Part shown: piece after piece, positions 29,494 through 39,579 of the stretch | Numbering within the stretch: position 1 is the first letter of the stretch | Layout of the letters: the number at the start of each line of letters is the position of its first letter | Virus record (IMG/VR): IMGVR_UViG_3300035505_000328 | Coordinates: 34,775 to 98,774 of that record | DNA: 64,000 nt | Strand: one strand, 5' to 3' | Source of the DNA: a virus | Lineage: Duplodnaviria > Caudoviricetes | Program-made: the position numbers and the translations under genes | Notes under the pieces: generated by a model | Database searches by the model: none | Seen by the model: the letters and a program-made list of their open reading frames with translations, nothing else | Told to the model about the DNA's origin: nothing

Positions 29494-31017
29494 CTATTTC
29501 ACAAGCTTATATCTTATTAAACCACAATTCCAAACTCTCACATACCCTAGCTCCTGCATAATCTGTTTTTCAGTTTTATCATCTGAATATACATCTGGAT
29601 AGTACCTAGCTAGTTTATCTTTACGGAAATTAAACTTATGCTGTAATCCTAACTCATGTTCCATGTGGTTATAGTATTTATAGTCAGGTCTTATATAAGC
29701 ATCTACAACAAAGTTATTCTTATCATACAAATCTCCGATACTCCAAGTTCTATCTGCAAATGTATAAATATCGTTGATTTCATAGTTTTCTTTGAAATAC
29801 TTTAATAACTTACTAAATGCCCCATTCACAATGTATTTATTATGAGAAGCAAATCTAGATAGATTATAATCATTCTCTTGGTTGTACTTATTCTTCATAA
29901 TAGTAAATGTCATAACTGCAACTAACTGTTTTCTTTCCTTAGTGAATAACCCTAAGTTATATGTAGTTGATTTGTCTTGTCCTTGTATATGATGTGTATT
30001 TAAGAACTTATTCTTCTTATCTACTGAAATCTCCTTTACATAACATTTACTTGCTCTAATCCTCTCTAAGTCTTCCGATTCATGTAGTATATACTTAATC
30101 TTAGATTTGATTTGAGCATTATGATTATCCCAGTTATCCTCAAACACATGGATTAATCTTACACCTTTAGCTTCACATTCTTCCGTTTTATCTAGATGAT
30201 AATGAATCCCACATTTACCTTTTGATACCTCTTGACTATGCCAATACAATCCATTGAACTCAATAGCTAAATTATCTTCAGGAAGATAGATGTCCAATTC
30301 TTTCCCATTTAGCAAAACTCTATCATTATATATAATCTTCTTAGTATAAAAGGATTCTATGAATTTTCTGAGTTCAAGTTCTTTATTGGAAACATCTTTA
30401 GCTTCTTTACATAAAGGACAAGGTTCATATCCTTTTAAAAAAGAAGATTTAAAGTAGTCTGGATTAGATATAAATATATTTCCACATTTATTATGCTTAT
30501 AGGTAATAGATTTTCTTTTACCTTGGTATTTAGTTAAAGTAGAATATCTTCTTCCTACCATTTCTTTTAATTCTTCTTGATAAGTATCATTTGTTTTTGT
30601 ATTATTTTCAGCATTTACTTTACATACTTGTATAATTTTAACTCTAGCACACTTAGGACATCTCTCACCATTCAAAAAGTTAGTTGGTGTCATATCAAAC
30701 TTATATCCACATTCTTTATGTTTAAATGTTATTTTAGTACTTGTATTGATATAATCAGATAATACAGTATATTTCTTATGTGTTATTTGTTCTACTTTTT
30801 GTTTAAATTCTTTTGGTGTATACTGATGTTTACCAGAGCAATAAGGGCATGTACCATATCTAATAAAGTCTTTAGCAATACGTTGGAACTTATGTCCATT
30901 AGGACATTTGAAATTCATCTTATCACTTGCTCTAGTATATTCAGATAATACTTCATAACCTTCTTCTAATAAAGGTTTACATTTTTCTAAATAATCTTCA
31001 TGAGTTACTTTTTTCAT
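29494..31017 (-). CDS. Free-standing Hef-like endonuclease: Zn-ribbon repeats, a PD-(D/E)XK/Vsr-like nuclease and a GNAT/Mom-like C-terminal domain
   Basis: CPNGH/CPKC repeats; ELDIYLPE..LAIEFNGLYWHS; FLNTHHIQG...LSRF...GAFSKLL...FADRTWS. Confidence 0.7.
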   Translation of the reverse strand: MKKVTHEDYLEKCKPLLEEGYEVLSEYTRASDKMNFKCPNGHKFQRIAKDFIRYGTCPYCSGKHQYTPKEFKQKVEQITHKKYTVLSDYINTSTKITFKHKECGYKFDMTPTNFLNGERCPKCARVKIIQVCKVNAENNTKTNDTYQEELKEMVGRRYSTLTKYQGKRKSITYKHNKCGNIFISNPDYFKSSFLKGYEPCPLCKEAKDVSNKELELRKFIESFYTKKIIYNDRVLLNGKELDIYLPEDNLAIEFNGLYWHSQEVSKGKCGIHYHLDKTEECEAKGVRLIHVFEDNWDNHNAQIKSKIKYILHESEDLERIRASKCYVKEISVDKKNKFLNTHHIQGQDKSTTYNLGLFTKERKQLVAVMTFTIMKNKYNQENDYNLSRFASHNKYIVNGAFSKLLKYFKENYEINDIYTFADRTWSIGDLYDKNNFVVDAYIRPDYKYYNHMEHELGLQHKFNFRKDKLARYYPDVYSDDKTEKQIMQELGYVRVWNCGLIRYKLVK

Positions 31018-31035
31018 AATGTATATACTCCTTTC

Positions 31036-31977
31036 TTATTTAAATATAGTGTCTAATACCTTTTCTAAGTTGTCATATTCTGTATATGGGATTCTAATTA
31101 AGTTAAAATTATTATCCTTACAGAATTCTGTTTTGATTTTATCATGTTCTTGATACTCTTTTAAAGTCATTGCTCCCCAACCAAAATTTGATTCTTCATA
31201 ATGCTGTAATCCATCGAATTCAATAAGCATATTCATTGATTCAATGTAAAAATCAAATGGTAAAGGATGTTTATCCCTACATTCTGGAAAACGCTTTTCT
31301 GATTCATAAGATATATTGTGTTTATCTAAGTAATTAGCTATTCTTTCTTCAGCTTTAGACCTAGAACATTTAGGACATCTTTTACCATCAAGAAAATGAT
31401 AAGGACTTACTTTCCAAATATTTCCACATTTATTATGCTTCATCTTTATCTTAGTTCTATTAGTAATATAATCTTCTAATACACTATATTCATCACCTAC
31501 TAAACCATAAACCTCTTGTCTAAATTGTTCTGGTGATTTTCTAAGATTATGAGTTCTACTAAGTTGAGCACATTTAGGACATCGTCTTCCACCTAAAAAG
31601 TGATAAGGTGCAACTTGGTATTTATTACCACAAGTATTATGTTTTAAAGTTACTTTAGTCTTACTATTAATATAATCTTCTAATACACTATATTCATCAC
31701 CTACTAAATCATAAACCTCTTGTCTAAATTGTTCTGGTGATTTTCTTCTAGCTTTAATTTTCTTTTGTCTAGAAACATCTGCACACTTTGGGCATCTATT
31801 TCCTCCACTAAAACAAGTTGGTAACATACTAAATACATTACCACAAACATTATGTTTAATTTTTATTTTAGTATGACAATTAATATATTCATTGCTATAA
31901 ACAGAATATTCTCCATTAGTTTCATTAGTAACATAATCTGAAAAAGTTTTAAAATCATAATATCTTTTCTTTGGCAT
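31036..31977 (-). CDS. Free-standing homing endonuclease (Zn-ribbon repeats and Vsr-like nuclease)
   Basis: Three KHxxCG...RCPKC repeats; LPFDFYIE..MLIEFDGLQH...HDKIKT. Confidence 0.8.
   Translation of the reverse strand: MPKKRYYDFKTFSDYVTNETNGEYSVYSNEYINCHTKIKIKHNVCGNVFSMLPTCFSGGNRCPKCADVSRQKKIKARRKSPEQFRQEVYDLVGDEYSVLEDYINSKTKVTLKHNTCGNKYQVAPYHFLGGRRCPKCAQLSRTHNLRKSPEQFRQEVYGLVGDEYSVLEDYITNRTKIKMKHNKCGNIWKVSPYHFLDGKRCPKCSRSKAEERIANYLDKHNISYESEKRFPECRDKHPLPFDFYIESMNMLIEFDGLQHYEESNFGWGAMTLKEYQEHDKIKTEFCKDNNFNLIRIPYTEYDNLEKVLDTIFK
31468..31745. repeat. Near-identical ~75-bp direct repeat with a 204-bp (68-aa) period
   Basis: RKSPEQFRQEVY(D/G)LVGDEYSVLEDYI is encoded twice with almost identical DNA. 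Confidence 0.9.
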
Positions 31978-32150
31978 ATTATAACACTTCCTTTCTAAAA
32001 ATATAAAATATTTTAATTAATCTTATTTATTACATAGTTATAATATATATTTTTACTTTAAAAGGATTTACACTAATAAATAAGAATAAATCACCCCTAA
32101 GATTTCTCTTAGGGGCAAATAATTTATACTTAGAAATATCAAGGTTGATA

Positions 32151-33815
32151 TTAATAGCCAGGTGTTGAAGGTACAACACCAACATTGTTCTTGATGTCAA
32201 TTCGACAAATGAGAGGCGTGAATTCCTCAATGGTATGTCTCTTTGTCATCATAATAGATGGTACATTAGGCATATTTGGGTCTCTGTAACCACGTTCAAC
32301 GTTGAAGGTGTAAGGATAATATTTATATGTCATTAGCCTGTCTATTCCCGGAACAAAGAACATGATAAATGCTCCGTTTGGAATCAGGTCAGATGAAACC
32401 ATCTCGTAACGATTTGCGCCACTAAAGGCACCGAGATTGAAAGATACATCTACACCAGACATCTGGTCTGAAGTATGATTAAATACCCAATCAACATTCG
32501 GAAGTAGCTGCATATCAATCGGATTACCAATAATCATAAACTTACCACCATGGAACTTGCAGTCAGTTTTCATCTTGATTGCATAGTAATCAATGACAGT
32601 CTTCAATTCTTCTCTCCAAGACTTAGGAGTTCCGTTATAACCTGCTGACGGAATTACATTGAATTCACCAATGTACGGAACATTGTTAACTGCAATAGAG
32701 TTAACCAAGAAGTTGTAAATCTCAAGCTCAAGTTTCTGAGCTACTGTCTGAGACATAATATCAACAACTTCTGCAGCACCATCGATGTTGTAGATAGCCA
32801 TTGTATCCTGCAACCATTCGATAGGCAGTGGAGCATTAAGGTGAGTACCTACTCCAATCGTGATGTCCTTAGTAAGAACATCGAAGCTTACGCTTTCACC
32901 CTGCTCATTCGTTTCTTGAGAAGCTCTAGCATTAAGCGTAACTTTATCAATGATACCCTTTGTAGAAAGCAAAGTAATTGTACCGTTAGTATAGTCAACC
33001 TGACCGAAGATACTATCATTAATAGTACCATACTCTGTAACAGCACCAGTAGTTTCATCAGTAACACGTACTGGGATGGAAACTTTACCTTTCAGTACTG
33101 CTTCTTGGTCTGTCTTAATATGTACACGTACATGTACTTCCTCACCAGTGATATCTTCACCAGTCTCATTCTGCTCATCAGAAGCAGGAAGAACAGGTGC
33201 TTCAACAATAACATCTTCAATATAGAAAATCTTATCAATGGAATCATTCTTTTCTGCTGAAAGCGGAACACTGAAATACTGGAAGAGGTCTTCATCTTCA
33301 AGCGTAGGCTTGATAGAAATCGGCTCTCCAGAAATACGTGGAAGTTCTGCTCTTTGGTTATTCAGCTCATTGATAGCATTAGGAAGCTCATAACGATTTC
33401 CATCACCATCAAACAAATAAGCCTTTGTATAAGAAATAGCAAATCTCGGTGTTGCAACTACCTGAGTAGGAATTGCATGCTTAAGAGCTACCTTTGCCCA
33501 CATCTTACGAATCGTAGGCATAGACAGTCCTGCAATCTGCTGGATACCGTCTACTGTTGCTTCTTGAAGCATTGTTACACGAGAGTTATTCATAAGCTGG
33601 TCAAAGTTTTCAATCTGGTCAGCTTCCATACCCTCACAAAGATGTGATTTATAGCTATCAAACAAAGTCTGTTCAGACAGAATTTCAGAGAAACCTGTCG
33701 GATTTGTCATATTAATACCTTTATCAGAAAAGAATTCTGCAGTCTCACGAAGCATACCAGAGAAGTCATCATTCATAACTGGTCTCTGAGCTTGTCTGTA
33801 CTCAATATGGTCCAT
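32151..33815 (-). CDS. Major capsid protein precursor
   Basis: 554 aa in the head module with tandem late promoters. Its N-terminal propeptide has L-x-E sites (MLQEAT), and the C-terminal YKYYPY...PSIMMTKRH resembles the T4 gp23-type C-terminus. Confidence 0.85.
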   Translation of the reverse strand: MDHIEYRQAQRPVMNDDFSGMLRETAEFFSDKGINMTNPTGFSEILSEQTLFDSYKSHLCEGMEADQIENFDQLMNNSRVTMLQEATVDGIQQIAGLSMPTIRKMWAKVALKHAIPTQVVATPRFAISYTKAYLFDGDGNRYELPNAINELNNQRAELPRISGEPISIKPTLEDEDLFQYFSVPLSAEKNDSIDKIFYIEDVIVEAPVLPASDEQNETGEDITGEEVHVRVHIKTDQEAVLKGKVSIPVRVTDETTGAVTEYGTINDSIFGQVDYTNGTITLLSTKGIIDKVTLNARASQETNEQGESVSFDVLTKDITIGVGTHLNAPLPIEWLQDTMAIYNIDGAAEVVDIMSQTVAQKLELEIYNFLVNSIAVNNVPYIGEFNVIPSAGYNGTPKSWREELKTVIDYYAIKMKTDCKFHGGKFMIIGNPIDMQLLPNVDWVFNHTSDQMSGVDVSFNLGAFSGANRYEMVSSDLIPNGAFIMFFVPGIDRLMTYKYYPYTFNVERGYRDPNMPNVPSIMMTKRHTIEEFTPLICRIDIKNNVGVVPSTPGY

Positions 33816-33878
33816 TTTACTGTCGTTGTATTTGGTTGCCCAAGTCTGGGTCTTACATTAATACAACTTCCTCCTTTC
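33816..33878 (-). promoter_or_regulatory. Hairpin-bridged ribosome-binding site of the capsid gene
   Basis: GAAAGGAGGA-A, then a 43-nt hairpin (GTTGTATT/AATACAAC), then 9 nt, then ATG. There is no SD adjacent to the ATG. Confidence 0.7.
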
Positions 33879-33917
33879 AAAAATTTTTAATATAATATTG
33901 AAAAATTTAATGTAATT

Positions 33918-34002
33918 TAATTAAATGTTCATTGTCTATATTATAAAATGAAATAAAAGGGTTTGACAACTGAAACTCAATTAAAATTTCTATTAAATTG
34001 TT
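33918..34002 (-). promoter_or_regulatory. Tandem late promoters of the capsid gene
   Basis: AACA-tttaat-TA at 33929-33918 and AACA-atttaa-TA at 34002-33991. Confidence 0.7.
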
Positions 34003-34027
34003 TCCCTAATTAAGACATAAAAGATTA

Positions 34028-34726
34028 CTAACCTATAAACATTTTTCTTTTCTTACTGCTTTTTGCGAAGTGTTGCCTCCACTTTTCAATAAGCTGTTTT
34101 TTATCATCTGCTGCACTATCAAGCTTTTCCATAAATAACTCAACGCTACCAAATGTAGTATTGATGTTACGGAAACGTTCTCGAATAGGATATATAGCTA
34201 TTCGTACATCATATAATGCACATTCTAAGAACTCTGCTCTCATAGATAGTGGAATTGTAGACAGATGACTAGGATGTAACGCTTTCACTTCAATCATAAA
34301 TTCTCCAAAGAAATTTGTCTTAGGAAATACTGAAAGAATATTTGGAGTTTCAAAATCAAAAGTAAAAGGTTGATAATACATTGAAGTAGTATCAGCTATA
34401 ATCTGACGGTCTACTGGATTTGTAAAATAAGGTGCAACTATAGGAAGACCAGTACCACCCATATAGTTTTCAATCAATAACTTACTTACACCAAGTAAAT
34501 CCAAATCTGTGTTAATATAATAAGTACATATTCTATTAGGCACTTTATCCCTTTTAGGGTCTATCATTACTTTAGCATAATAAGGATAATATTGGCTGAA
34601 AGATGGGATGGTCTGTTCTTGAACTACTTTCATAATATCTTCAGGAGTTAACTCCAAAACTTGAATGGTTGCACCTAAATTCATCTCAATGTATTGTAAT
34701 ACCATTGTAGGATTCATTATAGCCAT
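34028..34726 (-). CDS. Neck / head-completion protein (T4 gp13-like)
   Basis: N-terminus LQYIEMNLGATIQVLELTPEDI resembles gp13 ILRRLGAPIINVELTPDQI. Confidence 0.65.
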   Translation of the reverse strand: MAIMNPTMVLQYIEMNLGATIQVLELTPEDIMKVVQEQTIPSFSQYYPYYAKVMIDPKRDKVPNRICTYYINTDLDLLGVSKLLIENYMGGTGLPIVAPYFTNPVDRQIIADTTSMYYQPFTFDFETPNILSVFPKTNFFGEFMIEVKALHPSHLSTIPLSMRAEFLECALYDVRIAIYPIRERFRNINTTFGSVELFMEKLDSAADDKKQLIEKWRQHFAKSSKKRKMFIG

Positions 34727-34732
34727 AAGTTA

Positions 34733-35917
34733 TCAACTCCCTTTAATAAAACCTTGTTCCCTTAATAATGTATAAGCAGCACGCTTACCATCATCAGATA
34801 AGTTATTCATGAAGTCTACACTTTCATATAAATCATCACTAGCTGATACTGACTTATTAAGGATATAGTTGTTATCAAGTCTATTGAAAGTATTAGGAAT
34901 AAACTTATCATCATCAGCTTCAGATGTAACTTCAGCTCTTAATTCTCTTGTAGTAGCACCTGCAGGGTCATCAAACATCTTGTAATAATCAGAAGCAGAA
35001 ATATCAAGATTCTGTTTACGATTATTTCTTTCTTCCCAAGGAATATCATTTCTCATGGTAGTAGCTTTATTCAGTTCGAATTCTCCTTCTTCACTGTAGA
35101 TACGAATACCACAATTCAGATACTTATTCTTAAGAGTATTACCAAACTCCATTAGTTCATTACTTTCTGTATAATCAACTAATTCAAGTCTTCCTTCATA
35201 ACCATCACGTTTAAGAATATCATTTACAGTTTCAGATAAGTATTTCAAGTTATTTGCATAACGGTCAGGTAATTCTGCTAACATAGCTTCATTATTGATA
35301 GCTTCAGAGTTAAGCAGTATCATATCAAAACCATCACCATCTTCACCACTTACAAACTGTAATGAACTTTCTGTAAAGTAAGGTTTAAGTAAAGGATTCA
35401 TGTCACTACGTTGTAAAGCTTTATTGATTCTACGACATTCTCTAAACACTTCACTCTTTACAACATCTTCATTAATCTGCTGTTGAGCTTTAGAAGCAGG
35501 ATTCTTAGCAACCCTAGCTTTTAGAGAACTAATAAGAGCTTGAAGCCTTTTCTTATCAGAAGGATTTTCTTCTCGTCTCATTTGTCTTTCAGCTTTACCA
35601 ATAATATGATTAATCTTTCTGATTTCAATCATATCATTAACATCTTTACCAAGATGTTTCATTTCATTCTGGACATCATCAATAAATGCAGTAACTTCAT
35701 TTGATGATTCATTACAACACTCAGATTCTTCTTCACCTTCAGTGTCATCATATTCATCATTATCACCAAAAATTAAACTGTCACCAGCATTTGGGTCTCC
35801 TGAATATGGGTCATAGCAATCATCAAATCCATCACCATCATCATCTTCATCTTGTGAATTTAAAAAGTCCTCAACTCCTTCATTGAGTTTAAGAACTTCT
35901 GATTCCATATCAAACAT
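34733..35917 (-). CDS. Probable prohead core/internal head protein
   Basis: Start at MFDMES (SD AAGGAGG). Acidic, with many L-x-E sites, and located between the protease and neck genes. Confidence 0.55.
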   Translation of the reverse strand: MFDMESEVLKLNEGVEDFLNSQDEDDDGDGFDDCYDPYSGDPNAGDSLIFGDNDEYDDTEGEEESECCNESSNEVTAFIDDVQNEMKHLGKDVNDMIEIRKINHIIGKAERQMRREENPSDKKRLQALISSLKARVAKNPASKAQQQINEDVVKSEVFRECRRINKALQRSDMNPLLKPYFTESSLQFVSGEDGDGFDMILLNSEAINNEAMLAELPDRYANNLKYLSETVNDILKRDGYEGRLELVDYTESNELMEFGNTLKNKYLNCGIRIYSEEGEFELNKATTMRNDIPWEERNNRKQNLDISASDYYKMFDDPAGATTRELRAEVTSEADDDKFIPNTFNRLDNNYILNKSVSASDDLYESVDFMNNLSDDGKRAAYTLLREQGFIKGS

Positions 35918-35936
35918 ATTGAAAGTTCCTCCTTTC

Positions 35937-36240
35937 TTATAGATTTGCCATATAGTGGTCCAAGTCATTAGCAATATAATCTTCTACACATGCTGCAAGA
36001 ATATCAAAACCTTCTTGGAAGTAGATAAGCTTTCTTTTCTTATCATAGCCAAGAGCAGTAGCTTTATCAAATTCAAGCTGTTCTTTTAAGTTCTTAACAT
36101 TCTTACTTTCATCATTAATAAATGAAATTATACTATCTTCAGTCAAAGGAATAAAATAACTTTCACTATTCAAATAATTCACTCCAGAAGATTCCTGCAG
36201 AACTTTAGTCATATATGCAGGTCTATGTGATGGGTGTATA
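35937..36240 (-). CDS. Prohead protease, exon 2
   Basis: Begins T-ATA-CAC-CCA-TCA and completes TYDWIIHPSHRPAY, which carries the catalytic Ser region. Confidence 0.88.
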
Positions 36241-37717
36241 CAAACTTGTCTCTATATCTCTATAGTTGTTTAGACTATATCTTAATTTCATCTCTTTTAC
36301 CAAAATAAAATTTCCTCCGTTTCATTTTACTTATATTCATTCCACTAATATAAAACCATATAGGATATTACTCTACTGACTTATATAAATAAGGTATTTC
36401 TCCTTATAATAAGCTGGTCGATAGTCGTTGAACTCATATCCACATATAACATTGCTAGGAGGTTATATGTAACAATATAGGATACTTTGCTGCGTCGATT
36501 TTCTCTATTTCTAAACTTTTTACTATACCTTGAGAGTTACCTCTTGCCACTAATTCATCTATTTCGCATTGTTTAGCTACTGAACTAGTTTAGTACTTAG
36601 AACCTAACGAGTGCTTCCCCGCAGTTAGAAGGATTTATACTGGACTATACATTATTCTCAAAATAGTTATTTAATTTTTCTTGTATATCATCTTTATATG
36701 AAATTCTTAAAAGATTAATTCCATATTCCTTACAAAAGTTATTTTTAATTTCATCATGTTTTTTTCTAATCTTAAATTTTGCTTCTCCACCAAAGTACTT
36801 ATAAGGTTTAAAATGTTGTTGACCATCAAATTCTATTATAATATTCATAGATTCAATGTAAATATCAAAAGGAAGATAAGTTTTATCAACACACTCTTCA
36901 AATGAAACTTCTTGCTCAAATTCAATTTGATTATCTTTAAGATATTCTGTTATCTCTTTAATTCCTCTAGACTCAGTACTAAGAATTTTACACTTAGGAC
37001 ATTTATAATTATGCTTAGAAAAGAAATCTGATAATCTCATATCAAATTCATATTTGTTACATAATTCACATTTATGTATAAAATGACCATAAACATGACC
37101 ATCTATAGTTTTTATTTTTGTAACTGAATAATCTTCATATCCTTTTTCTAGAAGTTCATTATTTGTGCTTTCAACTGTTCTTTTTATTTTACCATAACAA
37201 AAAGGACAACCTTTTTGATTATGATATAATAAATTTGCAGCTGTAGACTTTGAAAAAATTTTGCCACATTTTCTATGAAGTATATCTATGTAAGAACTTT
37301 GATTGATATACTCACCTACAACTTCATACTCAGAAAAAGAAAATTTCTTATAAAACTCACATTCAAACTTTTCTTGTGTCCATTTAGCAGTTGAATATTT
37401 ATTCTTTTTTCTATTTTCTTTAATTCTAGCTTGTGTAAGCTTTGGTGCTTGTTTTCTTCCATTAAGATTTCTTGGTTCAATTTTCCAAATCTCACCTGTG
37501 GGAACATGTTTTAAAGTAACTTTTGTTTTAGAATCCTTATATTCTGAAAGAAGTTCATAATCAGGATATAAACGTTCTAATCTTTTAATAAAATCTTTTT
37601 GTCTTTCATATAAAGGTTTAACTGAAGCCATAATTACTACCTCCTAATTAATAAATTTATTAGTTAGTTTACTTACGATTCAGTTTAAAAAATTAAATAA
37701 GAGCATAATTTTCAGAA
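36241..37717 (-). mobile_element. Group I intron in the prohead protease (1477 nt) with a homing endonuclease gene in the P1 loop
   Basis: P1 is ACUGGAU/GUCCAGU with a U.G pair, and P10 is GUAUA/UAUAC. Core elements GUUCAACGACUA and AAGAUAUAGUC are present, and the terminal G is at 36241. Confidence 0.92.
36645..37631 (-). CDS. Intron-encoded Zn-ribbon/Vsr-like homing endonuclease
   Basis: HRKCG...CPFC and CPKC; LPFDIYIESMNIIIEFDGQQH...HDEIK; SD AGGAGG. Confidence 0.85.
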   Translation of the reverse strand: MASVKPLYERQKDFIKRLERLYPDYELLSEYKDSKTKVTLKHVPTGEIWKIEPRNLNGRKQAPKLTQARIKENRKKNKYSTAKWTQEKFECEFYKKFSFSEYEVVGEYINQSSYIDILHRKCGKIFSKSTAANLLYHNQKGCPFCYGKIKRTVESTNNELLEKGYEDYSVTKIKTIDGHVYGHFIHKCELCNKYEFDMRLSDFFSKHNYKCPKCKILSTESRGIKEITEYLKDNQIEFEQEVSFEECVDKTYLPFDIYIESMNIIIEFDGQQHFKPYKYFGGEAKFKIRKKHDEIKNNFCKEYGINLLRISYKDDIQEKLNNYFENNV

Positions 37718-38217
37718 ATCCAGTCATAAGTCAGAATATGAAGTGGGTCTTTAACATATACAATGTCACCTTTTTTCTCAGAAACAGGACCAAATCCTCT
37801 CATAGAGAAAGCAACTTGCATCCCTTGACGGACTAAACCTTGCATATCTCTACCTCTATCAGTCAAAGCACATTCAACTATACCTTTTAATAGATTTCCT
37901 TCCCACCAAATCTTAGTAATAAGGTGTGAAATATTTGATTGGTCTATGTACAACTGTCTTTCAACTGTTGGAGTTAATGGGTGTCCGGCTTCGCCAACCC
38001 ATGATTTAGTCCTCAGTCTCTCCTGAACATAATCTGCTGTTAAGGATTTCTTCAAAACATTTGTAGCATAAACTCTTTTATTTCTATTAGGTAAATCACC
38101 TTCTTGTAATATAGTCTCAATTCTAGTGACTTCTCCTGACTTATCTGAAAGAACTTTTGGGACTGAAGTTGTTACATCTTCAGAAATCATATAGCCTTTA
38201 ATTTTGTCTTTAGCCAT
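37718..38217 (-). CDS. Prohead protease (T4 gp21-like), exon 1; spliced product 267 aa
   Basis: NRNKRVY, GEAGHP, ISHLIT, FSMRGFG and TYDW motifs. Confidence 0.92.
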
Positions 38218-38248
38218 TTTTTATATGCCCCTTTCTTTAATTTCAGTA

Positions 38249-38295
38249 TAATTAAATGTTTTGATATTAGAATATTAAGGAAGAACATTTAATTA
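38249..38295. promoter_or_regulatory. Back-to-back late promoters with an identical 12-mer AACATTTAATTA
   Basis: Minus strand 38260-38249 (protease) and plus strand 38284-38295 (head-protein operon). The same 12-mer precedes the capsid gene. Confidence 0.75.
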
Positions 38296-38342
38296 AAATG
38301 ATTATATTTACTTCATCAAATATGAAAGGAGGACTACTCACA

Positions 38343-38990
38343 ATGAACAATGAAGATTTTATTGCTCAACTTGATAAAGAGATTGAACGTGATAGATTAA
38401 ATATGCTTACTGAAGGCACTACTGCTATCCTTCAAGAGAGTGACAATGATGAAGATGATGATAAAAAACATCATATAGATAAACCTGAAAAAATGAAGTC
38501 CTTAGATAGTGATTCCAAATTTGGTAAGAATGGAATATCCAAAGAACAGAAGAAAATGGCTAATAAGGAAAGAAGACACAAAGGTGTTAAAAAAATTAAA
38601 AGACTTATGCACAAGATGAAAGAACAGAAAGAAACAGAAAAGAATGATGAGCTTATGTATGGATATGGTAACTCATTAAAATCTATGCTTAAAACTGCAG
38701 CTCATTTTGGTGTAAGTTATGCTGCATTAGGACCAATCTTAGGTTCTATTGGATTCCTTGCTTCTAAACAAGCTTCTATGGGTAAAAAATTATCTGATAG
38801 AAAACGTCTCTATGACGAACTGAAATCTGATAAAGCTATTGTTGATGAGAAAATCAATGATTTAAATAAACTTCAGAAGTTAACACATGAACAGAAAGAA
38901 GAAAAATATGCTTTAATCAAGATTCAACATAAGTTAAATCAAGAATTAGAATCACTTAATAATCAAATGCACAAAGGAGTTAGTGCATAA
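38343..38990 (+). CDS. Probable internal head protein
   Basis: Start at MNNEDF (SD AAGGAGG). It has LTE/LQE sites, a hydrophobic segment and a coiled-coil C-terminus. Confidence 0.55.
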   Translation: MNNEDFIAQLDKEIERDRLNMLTEGTTAILQESDNDEDDDKKHHIDKPEKMKSLDSDSKFGKNGISKEQKKMANKERRHKGVKKIKRLMHKMKEQKETEKNDELMYGYGNSLKSMLKTAAHFGVSYAALGPILGSIGFLASKQASMGKKLSDRKRLYDELKSDKAIVDEKINDLNKLQKLTHEQKEEKYALIKIQHKLNQELESLNNQMHKGVSA

Positions 38991-39005
38991 TGAAAGGAGA
39001 CCATT

Positions 39006-39560
39006 ATGTTCTTAGAAGATTTTATATTACTAGAAGATGATGAACATCAATCTGGGGATGAACCTACAGAAAAAGATAGTGATATGTCTGAGAGTAAGGA
39101 TGATGGAAGTGCTGGCTTAGAAGAAATGGCTGATGGTGATTCTGATATGGGTGGAGATGACTTAGGTGATGATGAAGGTGGAGATGATGAGGGTGATGAT
39201 GATTTAGGTGGTGAAGATGGTGGAGGAGATTCTGAAGATGGTGGAGGAGATTCTGAAATGTCACCTGATGAAGCCATGAAAAAAAGAAAACTCTTTGGAG
39301 AATATAAGAATCTACTTCAACTTACTGATGAATTACTTAATTCAATCAACTTCATTGACGTTGCAACATTTACTCCAAATGAAAAGAAGATTTATCAATT
39401 TCTTCAAGACAAAATGAAGTCAACTAAAGAAAAAATAAGAATAATTACTATCGAACAATTTTCTAAGATGCCTTATAAACAGCTTCTTACTTTATTCTTA
39501 TATCTGAAAATGAGTGTTAAATCATATACAGATATAATAAATGAGATTATCAATAACTAG
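39006..39560 (+). CDS. Acidic Gly/Asp-rich head/scaffold-like protein
   Basis: FLE/LLE sites and a low-complexity D/G/E linker containing a 21-bp tandem duplication. Confidence 0.6.
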   Translation: MFLEDFILLEDDEHQSGDEPTEKDSDMSESKDDGSAGLEEMADGDSDMGGDDLGDDEGGDDEGDDDLGGEDGGGDSEDGGGDSEMSPDEAMKKRKLFGEYKNLLQLTDELLNSINFIDVATFTPNEKKIYQFLQDKMKSTKEKIRIITIEQFSKMPYKQLLTLFLYLKMSVKSYTDIINEIINN

Positions 39561-39579
39561 GACAGGAGGAATAGTAGTT

